Part shown: positions 1 through 10,052 of the stretch, piece by piece
Numbering within the stretch: the stretch's first letter is position 1
Layout of the letters: every line of letters begins with the position of its first letter
Source: an uncultured Alphaproteobacteria bacterium
GTDB lineage: Bacteria; Pseudomonadota; Alphaproteobacteria; JAJTHO01; G963706365
Direction of reading: 5' to 3'
DNA: 64,000 nt
NCBI GenBank assembly: GCA_963706365.1
Contig: OY970150.1
Coordinates: forward strand, 293,364 to 357,363
Notes under the pieces: model-generated
What the model was told of the DNA's origin: nothing
Databases searched by the model: none
The model's input: only the letters and a program-made list of their open reading frames with translations
Program-made: the position numbers and the translations under genes

Positions 1-28
1 AGCGCTCTCCCAGCTGAGCTATAGCCCC
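1..28 (-). tRNA. tRNA-Ala, 5' part only (runs off the window edge)
   Basis: Reverse complement reads GGGGCTATAGCTCAGCTGGGAGAGCGCT, the typical tRNA-Ala acceptor 5' strand and D arm; the anticodon is outside the window. Confidence 0.85.
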
Positions 29-172
29 TTTTTAAGGATGTTTTCTTTTAATTAATTTGTGCAAGGCTTGCAACTGTTAATCAAGTGCATTGCAGATATT
101 TATAATACCGGGCTGTTTGCTGGCATAGGCAATTTTTCAGCCGTACTGAATAAGGTTCTCTGTCATGAAACT

Positions 173-1465
173 TTAAACAGAACGATACCTAAAACAATCA
201 ATAGTCTTGCATGATGGGCACACAGCTGTCCATGTTTCGGAAAGATAATCGCAATTGTTGCAATCCCACAGTTTTAGGCTGTCGTGCGCATCGGCGGCGG
301 TTAGCAGGTTTTGTTGATCATCAACAGATACCGCGGCCAACAGCCTCAAAACAGCAGGGTTTTGCTTGTCTTGGTATTTGAGATATTCCTGCACGGCTTC
401 TACATCATCGGCCGCCAAGGAGGCTTGCGCATTAGCAATAGCCATTTGCATTTCGGCTGTTTTAGACAAATTGTTTTTTGACATTTTGCTTAGTCGCTTG
501 CGCCATTGGCTGGCGGTTAGATCCTGTTTTAAAACAGATTGACTGGCTATTAAACTGTGCGTTTCTAAAAGGGCAGGGTGATGGGTTCTAGACCAACTTT
601 TCTCTATCAAGTCTAGTGCTTTCAGCGGTTTGCTGCGGTGCAACGCAATGGCATACTGACTGATTGCTGGAATGTAATCCTGCTCACCACCTTCGGCAAT
701 GCCCCAGGCTTTCTTGGCATATTCTAATGCTGTATTATGGTCATTTGCATTACTGCATTCGCGGCTTCGTTCAATTAGAACAAGCTGTAAAAGCTTATTG
801 CGTTCTTGTTTTTCCAAAGCACGTTGCTTGTTATCTTTTATCAAGGTTTGATGGGCGGCTTGCCAGTGCTCTTGCTCCATTTGGCTGTAAACCAGGGTGC
901 GGGCAATGTTATTATCTTGTGGCTTTAAATCGTAGGCCTGATTAGCCAGCGCATAAGATTTTTCATAGTCACCTTCCCGGCGTGCCTGAGTTAAAAGACT
1001 TTTGGTGCCGACAAAAGCCGTGTCTTGCTGATCTTTCAGTTGATTATAATAACCCTCTGCCTTTGCTTCCTTGCCGGCCATTTGTGCAGCTTGCGCCTTT
1101 AGCATTAGCGTCATTGGTTGATCTAGTAATTTATGGGCGCGTTCGGTTTTCTTTAAGGCCTGCTTTTCATTACCACTAGCGATGGCCAGGAAGCCCTGAT
1201 TGGCAGAATCTAACCCTTTTTCCAAGGTTCTAAGGCGATTGTGACGTTTAATTTTTTTAGGCAGGCTGACAATTTCATCAATGCTGCGCAAGATTAAATA
1301 TAGAACTAAAACAGTAAAAAGTAGGGCAATGATGGCACCGGCAATAGTGGGTTCAATAATATAGCCAAGCCATTCAATGCGAATCTCGCCGGGATTATCG
1401 GCAATCCATACAGACCCAAAAACAACAGCAACCAGTAAAATTAACAGCCAGAAAATACGCAACAT
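173..1465 (-). CDS. hemY: HemY-like heme biosynthesis-associated TPR membrane protein
   Basis: Two N-terminal TM segments around a 'PGEIRIEWLGY' HemY_N-like motif, TPR-like helices, C-terminal CxxC..CPSC; last gene of the hemD-COG4223-hemY cluster. Confidence 0.8.
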   Translation of the reverse strand: MLRIFWLLILLVAVVFGSVWIADNPGEIRIEWLGYIIEPTIAGAIIALLFTVLVLYLILRSIDEIVSLPKKIKRHNRLRTLEKGLDSANQGFLAIASGNEKQALKKTERAHKLLDQPMTLMLKAQAAQMAGKEAKAEGYYNQLKDQQDTAFVGTKSLLTQARREGDYEKSYALANQAYDLKPQDNNIARTLVYSQMEQEHWQAAHQTLIKDNKQRALEKQERNKLLQLVLIERSRECSNANDHNTALEYAKKAWGIAEGGEQDYIPAISQYAIALHRSKPLKALDLIEKSWSRTHHPALLETHSLIASQSVLKQDLTASQWRKRLSKMSKNNLSKTAEMQMAIANAQASLAADDVEAVQEYLKYQDKQNPAVLRLLAAVSVDDQQNLLTAADAHDSLKLWDCNNCDYLSETWTAVCPSCKTIDCFRYRSV

Positions 1466-2550
1466 TAGCGTTCTCCTAATTGGTTATAATTGGCGGAGGA
1501 ATTGTTATTAGCAGATCGCTGCAGAATGTTATTGATGTCATGATGAACCATGCGAAAATCTTCAAAGTGATCGAGCCATTGTTGCAGGGGGGCACCATTT
1601 TCGCCATATTCTTCCACCAATTGCTCAGTTTCGGTTGCAACTTTGCTGTAGTTATTGGTTTCATAAGCCTCCTGCACTTTTTTGATAACAGGGCGATTAT
1701 CGGGCAGGGCATCTGCCTTGCGAATGCGTACCAAGGAATTTAAAGTTTTCTTCACCGCATTTGCTTCCTTGGGAGCCTCCTCCTCTAATTTTTGTTCTGT
1801 TTGTTTTACGGCGGTTACAAAACTCTCAAAATCTACATCAAAACCATTCTCGGCATAGCGTTTTAAAACACTGTAGGTTTCCTGCGGCAGTTGCATGTTC
1901 AAGGGCTCAATCAGGCTGGCGAAAGGTTGCCCTTGTGTGATGTATAGTTGTAACAAGGCTAGGCTAATCGTGCTATTATCAGGGGTTTCAGCTTTGGGAG
2001 CTTGCTGGCTTAAGGTGGTGCTTAGCTGATTGCTGATTTGTTGTTGCAGCTGTTGTAGGTTTGTCTGATTTTGGCTTTGTAAAGCACTGATTTGCTGTTC
2101 CAGCCGTTGTATGCGGTTTTCTTCATCAGACGACATAGCAGGGGAGATACTGGTTATGCTGGGCACATTGGGTATGTTTTGCATTTGTTCCTGCATTTTG
2201 GCAAAGGCGAGATTGAGACCTTGCTGTTGCTGCTGCATCTGACGATTAACATCAGTGCGCAGACCATCAATTCGGCTTTGCAATTCGTTGCTATCCGCTT
2301 CGCTTAATGGCAGTTTTTCCTGTGCTAGCCAATAGCCGCCTACACCTGCACCTGCACCGACAATAACGCCTAGCAAGCCGGTTAACATGGCCGCTTTAAA
2401 ACAGCCTTTTGATTTTACCGGCTTATTCGCTGTTTTGGGCGTATCTTTTCCCGGGGTAAAATTGGTATTAACCGTTTTGGTGGGCACCGCTTTTTCCGGC
2501 ATGTTATCTTTGTTGTTTTCAGAAGATTTATTGTTTATGGTCATATTCAA
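1465..2550 (-). CDS. COG4223/mitofilin-like (HemX-position) coiled-coil membrane protein
   Basis: Single TM helix, Gln-rich coiled coil, 'GQPF' and 'SLVRIRK' motifs; lies between hemD and hemY. Confidence 0.7.
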   Translation of the reverse strand: MNMTINNKSSENNKDNMPEKAVPTKTVNTNFTPGKDTPKTANKPVKSKGCFKAAMLTGLLGVIVGAGAGVGGYWLAQEKLPLSEADSNELQSRIDGLRTDVNRQMQQQQQGLNLAFAKMQEQMQNIPNVPSITSISPAMSSDEENRIQRLEQQISALQSQNQTNLQQLQQQISNQLSTTLSQQAPKAETPDNSTISLALLQLYITQGQPFASLIEPLNMQLPQETYSVLKRYAENGFDVDFESFVTAVKQTEQKLEEEAPKEANAVKKTLNSLVRIRKADALPDNRPVIKKVQEAYETNNYSKVATETEQLVEEYGENGAPLQQWLDHFEDFRMVHHDINNILQRSANNNSSANYNQLGER

Positions 2551-3190
2551 GACAATCTAGAAGCGCATTAATTGTTGGTTTTTCAGCAACCTGAAGGTTG
2601 CAATCTGTTTTGACATGGACACCAAAACGATGCAAGGTGTAAGTTTTGGCAATAGACTCGCTTAGGCAAAAGATAGCTGGGATCGTTTTCTTGCCCTGAA
2701 ATTTTTCATAACGTTCAAGAAATTGTACAGTAAATTTCGCGCCGCGTTGAGAGCATAGCACGATACCCCTAATAGTATTATAAAACTCGAATGCAATTTT
2801 TTGCGGCTTTGCCTCGTATACAATATGTTCTGTTAAATAGGGGTGTTGAATCGCTTGTGTGATATGCTGGCCGCGATAGTAAACCAGTGGTTGATTTTGC
2901 GGCAATTGTTTTAGCAGCTCGCTTACTGTTGCGGCCTCTGAAACATTAAAGCCTGCTTGACGTGCCTTGGCGGCTGTATGGCTGCCCACGCAATATAATG
3001 GATGATTTGTATAGCAATTAATACCCTGTAAAGCCACAGCACTCGTAATAAGCAAATTGCTATGGGCAAGAGGGGCAGGCGGCTTTTCAGTATATTCTAT
3101 TTTTAAAATAGGCTGGCTGATAAAAGGAATTCCCGACTGTTCCAATCGCTGTGCCAACGTGGCAGGATTTGATTGTGTCAGCCATAACAT
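2528..3190 (-). CDS. hemD: Uroporphyrinogen-III synthase
   Basis: 'LLITSAVA', 'YCVGSHTAAKARQAGF' and 'VYEA' HemD motifs; cluster context. Confidence 0.8.
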   Translation of the reverse strand: MLWLTQSNPATLAQRLEQSGIPFISQPILKIEYTEKPPAPLAHSNLLITSAVALQGINCYTNHPLYCVGSHTAAKARQAGFNVSEAATVSELLKQLPQNQPLVYYRGQHITQAIQHPYLTEHIVYEAKPQKIAFEFYNTIRGIVLCSQRGAKFTVQFLERYEKFQGKKTIPAIFCLSESIAKTYTLHRFGVHVKTDCNLQVAEKPTINALLDCLEYDHKQ

Positions 3191-3199
3191 CGCTTTAGT

Positions 3200-4540
3200 A
3201 TGACAATAATGCTGACATTATACAATACGGCGAATCGCCAGAAGCAGGCGTTTAAGCCGCAAGATCCTAACCGCATTACCATGTATGTGTGTGGCCCGAC
3301 GGTTTATAACCATGCGCATATTGGCAACGCCCGGCCAGTGGTTGTTTTTGATACGTTATACCGGCTGTTACAGCATCACTATGGCCAGGAACATGTTGTT
3401 TACGCGCGCAATATTACCGATGTAGATGATAAAATTTTGCAGGCCAGTTTAGAAACCGGGCAAACACCCCGGCAATTAACGGAAAAATATACGCGCATTT
3501 TTCATGACGATATAGCCGCCCTAAACGCGTTGCCTCCCACCATAGAACCGCGTGCCACAGAATCTATTGATGGTATGATTGCCTTGATAGAACAGCTTTT
3601 GGCAAAGAATATGGCTTATCAACAAGATGGTCATGTGTTGTTTGATACAGAAGCTTTTAAAGGCTACGGCAAGCTTTCTGGCCGTATGGACAACAGCGCC
3701 CGCCAGGCTGGGGCGCGGGTTACCATTGAATCCTATAAACGCAACCCGGCAGATTTTGTGCTGTGGAAACCGGCAGATCGGCAAGAGTTGGGCTGGGAAA
3801 GTGCCTATGGCTATGGCCGTCCTGGATGGCATCTGGAATGTTTGGCGATGGTAAAAAAACATCTAGGGGAACAAATAGATATTCACGGCGGCGGCCAAGA
3901 TCTTATTTTTCCGCATCATGAAAACGAGCAAGCACAAAGCTGTGCGGCGCATGGCCATACTTATGTAAACTATTGGTTGCATAATGGGTTTGTCACTGTT
4001 GACGGGCATAAAATGTCTAAATCTCTGGGCAATTTTCTAACAATTAGCCAAGCCAGAGAGCAAGCGCATGGCGAAGCCATCCGTTATCTGTTGTTATCTG
4101 CCCATTACAAGCAGCCAGTTGATTATGCCCCCGCCGCATTGCAAAATGCCCGAAATAATCTGGATAAAATTTATCAATACATTGCTGACGATAATACCGT
4201 TTCACCGACAATGGATGAAACCTATGTTACCCATTTAAATGATGATCTGAACACGCCATTGGCTTTGCAACGATTGCAAGAACTCGTCAAGCTTCAGGCA
4301 GATAAAGCCTTAATCCGAAAAAGTGCCCAGTTGTTGGGGTTATTATACGATAATACTGAAAATTGGTTTCGTTATGGGGTGAATTTAAGTGAAAAAGACA
4401 TTGAGCAAAAAATTGAACAACGCCAACAGGCTAAAAATAAAAAAGATTACGCCACGGCTGATTCTATCCGTAAAGAGTTGGAAGAGCAGGGGATTATTTT
4501 GGAAGATGGCGCCGATACAACAACCTGGCGCCGGCAATAA
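3200..4540 (+). CDS. cysS: Cysteine--tRNA ligase
   Basis: MYVCGPTVY, HIGN, GRPGWHLEC, DIHGGG.DL.FPHHENE, KMSKS. Confidence 0.98.
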   Translation: MTIMLTLYNTANRQKQAFKPQDPNRITMYVCGPTVYNHAHIGNARPVVVFDTLYRLLQHHYGQEHVVYARNITDVDDKILQASLETGQTPRQLTEKYTRIFHDDIAALNALPPTIEPRATESIDGMIALIEQLLAKNMAYQQDGHVLFDTEAFKGYGKLSGRMDNSARQAGARVTIESYKRNPADFVLWKPADRQELGWESAYGYGRPGWHLECLAMVKKHLGEQIDIHGGGQDLIFPHHENEQAQSCAAHGHTYVNYWLHNGFVTVDGHKMSKSLGNFLTISQAREQAHGEAIRYLLLSAHYKQPVDYAPAALQNARNNLDKIYQYIADDNTVSPTMDETYVTHLNDDLNTPLALQRLQELVKLQADKALIRKSAQLLGLLYDNTENWFRYGVNLSEKDIEQKIEQRQQAKNKKDYATADSIRKELEEQGIILEDGADTTTWRRQ

Positions 4541-4641
4541 ATCATTATGCTCCTACATAAGTAGCAAAAACATAAAATATTACCCTCTTTCCCCTTGAAA
4601 TACGATTACATAGCGTCTAATTAAAGCTCTCATTTACTAGT

Positions 4642-4717
4642 GCGCTCTTAGCTCAGTCGGTAGAGCAACTGACTTTTAATCAGTGGGTCACAGGTTCGAA
4701 TCCTGTAGAGCGCACCA
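4642..4717 (+). tRNA. tRNA-Lys(TTT)
   Basis: GCGCTCT/AGAGCGC acceptor stem, anticodon loop CTTTTAA, GGTTCGAATCC T arm, encoded CCA; 76 nt. Confidence 0.97.
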
Positions 4718-4736
4718 TATCTTTTTCTACATCTGT

Positions 4737-6479
4737 CTATCGAGAGCCTTCATACCAATATTTTATGTTTTTATCGCTCAATATTTTTGCGGCAGTGGAT
4801 TGCGCTTCTTGTTGTAAAAGCTGTTGCCAGTCTTCAGCGCTTTTATATTGGATATAGGGATCACTGGAATTATTACTGGCAGATGGGCAGAGAATTTGCT
4901 GAATTACTTGGTTTATTGTGGCTTCCTTGATGGTGATGCCGTCTCTCCATAGCTCGCTCATATTAGGTGATATAGATACACTTGTTCCAGGTTCTCTGAT
5001 TTTAATCGTTAATCCGCTTTCATCTTGTTCAACAGGATTAGTCCACAAAAATGGTCGTCTATATGGTTTATTCCTTTGTTGTTCAGTGCTGAATAAGGTT
5101 TTAATCACATAGTTCATCATTGATGCTTGTAAAAGACCAGTAAACTGAGGTTTTTTGTTTAATTGCTTAAGGGCAATGCTGGGGCTTTTGATATGTAGTG
5201 CGCCAAAGAAGGTTTTTGTAAATTCATGTACCGCTGATTGCTGCTGATCTATTTGATCTTGAGGAATGGGATATGCATTGATACTACCGTCTTTTCGAGT
5301 TATTTCTGATTTGAAAGCCGTATCTAAATCTTGTGCATTTTTATCTACGGCAGCGGCTTTTGCATAAGGTAAGCCATGTAAAATAGTTACATTGTTGTCG
5401 CCATGCGTGATAACAGTTGCAAATTGCCGCCATGTTGGCTGTACAGCTCCTTCTTTTGCTCTAAGCTTTATACTTGGGCAAAATTCTTCAACAGAAATAC
5501 AGCATTGACCAATCTTGTATTCATAATCAGATTTTCTTGTTTCATAAACTTTTCCAATAAACCTCATAATTTGTTCAGCGGCATCTTCGTCTTTTAAGTC
5601 TAGAATTTTTACACCTATGCCTTGTGCTAAAAAATAGTCTTTTAGAACAACAATATGTGTTTCCGGCAATAGTGCTTTCTGCAAAGGTTCAATAAGATTT
5701 TCCCGAATATTTTATATGGTTACATATTGTAAATCGCTTAGGCTTGGAACAGAGAAGGTTATGTAAAGTTCCGCTGCTTTATCTGGGCAGATTTCACTCA
5801 TAAAACCAGCAGTCATACCTTTGTCTTGCATTACGCTGGCTGATAAAAAATGGCTGCAGCGATTAAATGTTGTATAGTCGCCAAAATTAACCAGTATAGA
5901 TTCTTTTGAAACTGATTCAAAGCTAGGTTGTTTGCCAAATCCTAGCACTTCGTAAAGTGCGGTTGCTTGTTCTTTGATATCAACACGGTAGCATTTTTCA
6001 TAACCCGCCTGCCCAGATGAAAATAAATCATTAAATTCTATAATCTTTAAGCCAGCTGGGGTCATATGATAATCAATGCTCATTGCTGCAATAGAGGGGC
6101 TATTATCTCTGTTTAATTCTTCCAATTCTTTTAGTGGGTTATCGTCCATAAACCTTAGTAAGCTGCCATCGTAAAGATGTAAATTAGCACGAGAATTTAA
6201 GCTTATTGACTCTTTGAATTCGCAGCTTTCATAGCTAGGTTTATCCATATAATTTCTGTCATAACATTCAGGTATTAAATTTGCTAAATCGCAGTCCTCA
6301 AGAATGCAATTGTACACATTTAAAAATCCTTCACCGGAAAATGTAACATTTTTAAAAGTGCAGTCATTGAAAGCTGCGCAACTAGTTCTTGTGTTCAAGC
6401 AGTGTATGTTAATAGTACATTGTTCGAAAACATGATCAGAAATATAGTCATCTGATTTGAATGTATAGATTTTATTCAT
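4737..6479 (-). pseudogene. Circularly permuted ATP-grasp-like protein with pentapeptide-like N-terminus, split by one in-frame TAA (5712-5714)
   Basis: ORFs 5712..6512 and 4737..5684 are in the same frame and the gap reads open (VTI*NIRENLIEPLQK). Motifs 'SIDYHMTPAGLKIIEFN', then 'VVLKDYFLAQGIGV', 'VEEFCPS', 'TWRQFATV' occur in permuted ATP-grasp order. Confidence 0.6.
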
Positions 6480-6888
6480 ATACAACAGTATACTAAACCA
6501 GAATCTCAACAACCAGATATAAAAAAGAGGTGATTCACCGCTAGGCTGTTTTTTTGAAGAAAGGCAGGAAAGCGGTGAATCAGGAAGAAGCTATCATAAA
6601 GATATTCGAGAAGAGTTAGTAGAGTTGCCGTCAGAATACTCCTGTATAAAAAGGCGTCACAAATCCAGCCGCCCTACAGACACCTACGCCCGGTTAAACC
6701 TAGACCCCCCGTCCGCCAGTCAATGGAATCAGCCACCAAAGCCATGTTTGATAAGGCTCCAGCATAAACAGCACACCTGCTTAACTTGCACCAGCAAAGA
6801 AACGCCACCCCAACAATCACCCCCTCCCCCCTGTTCCATAAGCAACCCCCTATCATGGAGGCGCTGGCAGTTTTTTAAAATTTTGGGC

Positions 6889-6927
6889 ATAAAGAAAAGG
6901 GAGGAGCGTATTGCTACACTCCTCCCT
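6889..6927 (-). terminator. Intrinsic terminator downstream of the acnB-like gene
   Basis: Minus strand AAGGGAGGAG-loop-CTCCTCCCTT followed by TTCTTT; a second hairpin, TCCGCGCCAC/GTGGTGCGGA, lies at ~6955-6980. Confidence 0.7.
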
Positions 6928-6989
6928 TGTTTTAGGTTTTCAGGCTTTCAGTCGTCCGCGCCACTCGGAGGTGGTGCGGAGGGTGAAAA

Positions 6990-8615
6990 CTAGCTCATTG
7001 CTCGGAAATCAGCGAGAAGCTGCTTATGCTCTTCGTATTCAGCTACGCTAGGGGCGTGGCCAAGAAGAAACGCAGAAGTGTCAAGCAAAGGGTCTGCCAT
7101 GAACGCAAACACTTTACCTGCAGGGCCAACACGGCCTTTGTTGTTGCGGGTAAAATTACCCCACACCACACCTTCTTGCAGCGTATCCTGGTTGCCCATG
7201 CACAAGGAGCATCCTGGCATCTCAATACGCCCATTGCTTGCATGGCGATCTTCCAAGTTGCTAGTGCTATAATCCCACAGGGATAGACCAGCATCCTCAA
7301 AAATGCGATGCATACGATCGATACGGCCTTGCTTACGCAAAGCATTCTCAATCATTACGCTAGAGGGAGCATACCAGATGCAGTCACCACCAATTGTGCG
7401 ACCATCCAACAAGTAGGCCTCAATGAGATCCATACTGTCTTCGTAGTCAGTCAACTGAGCAGTGCAAGACATGATAGCAGCCTGATTTACAAGCAAGTGT
7501 CTAGCTGGAACGATATTAGGAAGTTCGCTCAAACGCACAACGCGATTGTATGAAGAGCCTAACGCACCAGATTCAGTGATGCCATATGCGGTAACCAATG
7601 GTTCGGTATCAGACGATTCTAAATCAATCTCAATGCTATGAGCGTATTCAGCACCTGCGTCCTCAATAGGATTAACAGGGTTGGAAAGCCATACTTCAAG
7701 ACTTTGGATCAGCCAGTTAATACCAGTGTCTCCACGATCTGTGCCGACAAGATCTTGCCAGAAGTCGACAAAACCTTGAACTTCACGCATTGCTATTTCT
7801 AGCGGCGTGAAGATCCACTGTGCTACAGGCCCATATTCACCCATCGCGTTCATCAAAACAAACTTGTCTTCAAGAGACATCTCATCAAGACCATAGATCT
7901 CAACGATTTTCCCCTTCAGGATATTTGTTTTGTTGTACTGATCCATCAGTCCCATTTCTGTCAATTTCTCAACAATCATGAGTTGAAGATCGCGCGGCGC
8001 GAACTTAGACCAGTCGCCATTGAACTGGATACGAACAGACTGTGGCATTGTGTAAGGAATGAATCCAAATGCAGCAGCGAACGCAACCAACAGGCTATCG
8101 CCAGGAATCGCAACACCCAACACATTGCGGGTATGGGAATCCCCACCGATAATCAGCCAACCAAGCGTCGACAACTTTTTAAGCCACGTGTGGATGACGC
8201 CATCCCCACGTTTTAAACCAATACCACCGCGCTCTGTGAAGAACTCAGGCAGTGTTTGGAAGTTTACAAGGTCACTTTTCTTAGGGTAAGCAGACGTGTG
8301 ACACAACGTTTGCAAGGTCACAACAGCCCATTGCACAGCACAAAGAATACGTGATGCGAGGCGTGTGATAGTGCCAGTTGTATCTTGACTTGCAACTAGG
8401 TCAACAGCGAACTCAGCAAAGCTGCCAGGCGCAACACCTTCAACACCAGCCTTAGAACCCATAATCTTTTGAGCGGCTGTGTAGCCGTTTTTAGATTCAA
8501 TAATTCCAGGCAAGCCCCACTCGTAAGTAGGGAGTGAAAGCGCAGCACGAACACTGTCAGTCAGGCTTTTACCAGCAAAGAAACGAGAAGAGCCGCCACC
8601 TTGGAAGTAGATTTC
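6990..8615 (-). pseudogene. acnB: Divergent aconitate hydratase B-like gene, 5'-truncated by IS3
   Basis: SQDTTG, CHTSAYPK, GDGVIHTW, GGDSHTR, PGCSLCMGNQ AcnB motifs. The N-terminal HEAT/swivel part is missing and the first five codons of the listed ORF come from the IS3 end. Confidence 0.8.
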
Positions 8616-8690
8616 TGAGGTGGCCCCCAAAAATTAGACAGTGGAAAGTACTCTAGCGTCCTCTGGCAGAATGCTAGTAAGGAGCAGAAT

Positions 8691-9005
8691 ATGAGTAAGA
8701 ATAAAAAGAAAAGATACAAGCCAGAATTTAAGGCGAGGGTAGCCATGGCAGCTATTCGTGGAGAAAAGACAATTGCGCAACTGTCGAGTGAATACGAGAT
8801 ACATGGGACGTCGATTAACCAGTGGCGTCGTGAATTATTGCAAGGAGCTGCACAGGTCTTTGAACCTGGTGAGAAGCGGCATTCAGACAAGGGTGAGCAG
8901 GAAGTGCTGCTACAACAGCTTTATGCCAAGGTAGGCGAGCTAACGGTGGAACGGGATAGCCCATCGCTGCTAATTTCCTGCTGCGCTGCCGCTTGCAGTC
9001 AATAA
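8691..9005 (+). CDS. IS3 OrfA (HTH), C-terminus replaced by the insert
   Basis: 'YKPEFKARVAMAAIRGEKTIAQL'; after 'ELTVERD' it diverges from copy 2 ('FLSKALKG'). Confidence 0.85.
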   Translation: MSKNKKKRYKPEFKARVAMAAIRGEKTIAQLSSEYEIHGTSINQWRRELLQGAAQVFEPGEKRHSDKGEQEVLLQQLYAKVGELTVERDSPSLLISCCAAACSQ

Positions 9006-9060
9006 GCGACTCAGGGATTTCCCTACAAAACAATTCTCAATTGTTTTGCTTAACGGAAAA
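8958..9060. repeat. 103-bp palindromic insert (MITE/REP-like) inside IS3 orfA
   Basis: Absent from IS3 copy 2; contains the hairpin CAAAACAATT-CTC-AATTGTTTTG. Confidence 0.75.
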
Positions 9061-9098
9061 TTATCAAAAGCGCTCAAAGGCTAGAGAGGGTTGAGCGC

Positions 9099-9974
9099 AT
9101 GAAGATGATAAAAATAGAAACCCCGAATTTGAGCTTATCGGCCAAGTGTCGCTTGCTATCAATCAGCCGTAGCAGCGTTTATTATCAACCAAAACAGATA
9201 CCGGCAGCAGACCTGGCATTACTGCGTTTGATAGACCAACATTTTCTGGAGGATCCAAGCCTTGGCAGTCGCCGCATGACAATGGTTTTACGCCGCCAGG
9301 ACTATGCTATCAATCGCAAGAAAGTACAGCGGCTGATGCGGGATTTGGGTATTGCGGCTATCTACGCAAAGCCTAATACCAGTGCGCCACATCCGGCTCA
9401 TAAGATTTATCCATACCTGCTAAGGGGGCTGGATATCAACAGGGCTAATCAGGTATGGTGCGCGGATATAACCTACATTCCCATGCAGAAAGGCTTTCTG
9501 TATCTGGTGGTGATCATGGACTGGTATAGCCGTAAAGTACTAGCTTGGCGGCTTTCTAATGTGATGGATGCTGACTTTTGTGTAGAGGCTTTACAGGAAG
9601 CCTTAGAGCTTTACGGCCAGCCGGAAATCTTTAACACAGATCAGGGTAGCCAGTTTACCAGTGAGGCGTTTACCAGCACCCTGTTAAACACCAATATCAC
9701 AATATCCATGGATGGACGTGGCAGATATCTGGATAATATTTTTATAGAGCGGCTTTGGCGTTCTGTTAAACACGAATGCATTTATATCCATGCACCTAAC
9801 ACAGGATCCGCCTTAAAACATGTTTTAAGGCAATGGTTTAGCTACTACAATCAAAGACGCTTACACCAAGCTCTGCACTATAAAACACCCAATGAATTTT
9901 ATCTTGCAAGCCGCAACAAAAACACTAACCTAACAAACTACCAAACAATCAGGCCTATGAAATTAGCCGCCTGA
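9099..9974 (+). CDS. IS3 OrfB DDE transposase
   Basis: 'WCADITYI', 'NTDQGSQF', 'DNIFIERLWRSVKHE'. Confidence 0.95.
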   Translation: MKMIKIETPNLSLSAKCRLLSISRSSVYYQPKQIPAADLALLRLIDQHFLEDPSLGSRRMTMVLRRQDYAINRKKVQRLMRDLGIAAIYAKPNTSAPHPAHKIYPYLLRGLDINRANQVWCADITYIPMQKGFLYLVVIMDWYSRKVLAWRLSNVMDADFCVEALQEALELYGQPEIFNTDQGSQFTSEAFTSTLLNTNITISMDGRGRYLDNIFIERLWRSVKHECIYIHAPNTGSALKHVLRQWFSYYNQRRLHQALHYKTPNEFYLASRNKNTNLTNYQTIRPMKLAA

Positions 9975-10052
9975 TTTTAACCAACCGTCAGGGATCCTAG
10001 AGAACGTATCTACTTCCTGACTGTCTAAACGTTTGGGTCCACCTCATTATTT

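Larger units (their letters stand above)
8616..10046 (+). mobile_element. IS3-family element, copy 1 (1431 bp, with ~100 bp extra insert, no target duplication)
   Basis: Ends TGAGGTGGCCCCCAAAAATTAGACAG and CTGTCTAAACGTTTGGGTCCACCTCA; orfA plus DDE orfB. Confidence 0.95.

Noticed and set aside
4642-4717. tRNA-Lys as an integration site for the left accessory block
   Set aside because: I found no duplicate of its 3' end downstream and no adjacent integrase; cannot be supported, though deletions may have erased it.
5712-5714. Programmed recoding (Sec/Pyl) of the internal stop
   Set aside because: The codon is TAA, not TGA or TAG, and TAA is used as a normal stop throughout the window.
6625-6993. 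122-aa plus-strand ORF and 60-aa antisense ORF
   Set aside because: Low-complexity products of the C-rich tract; the longer one runs across terminator hairpins; no motifs.
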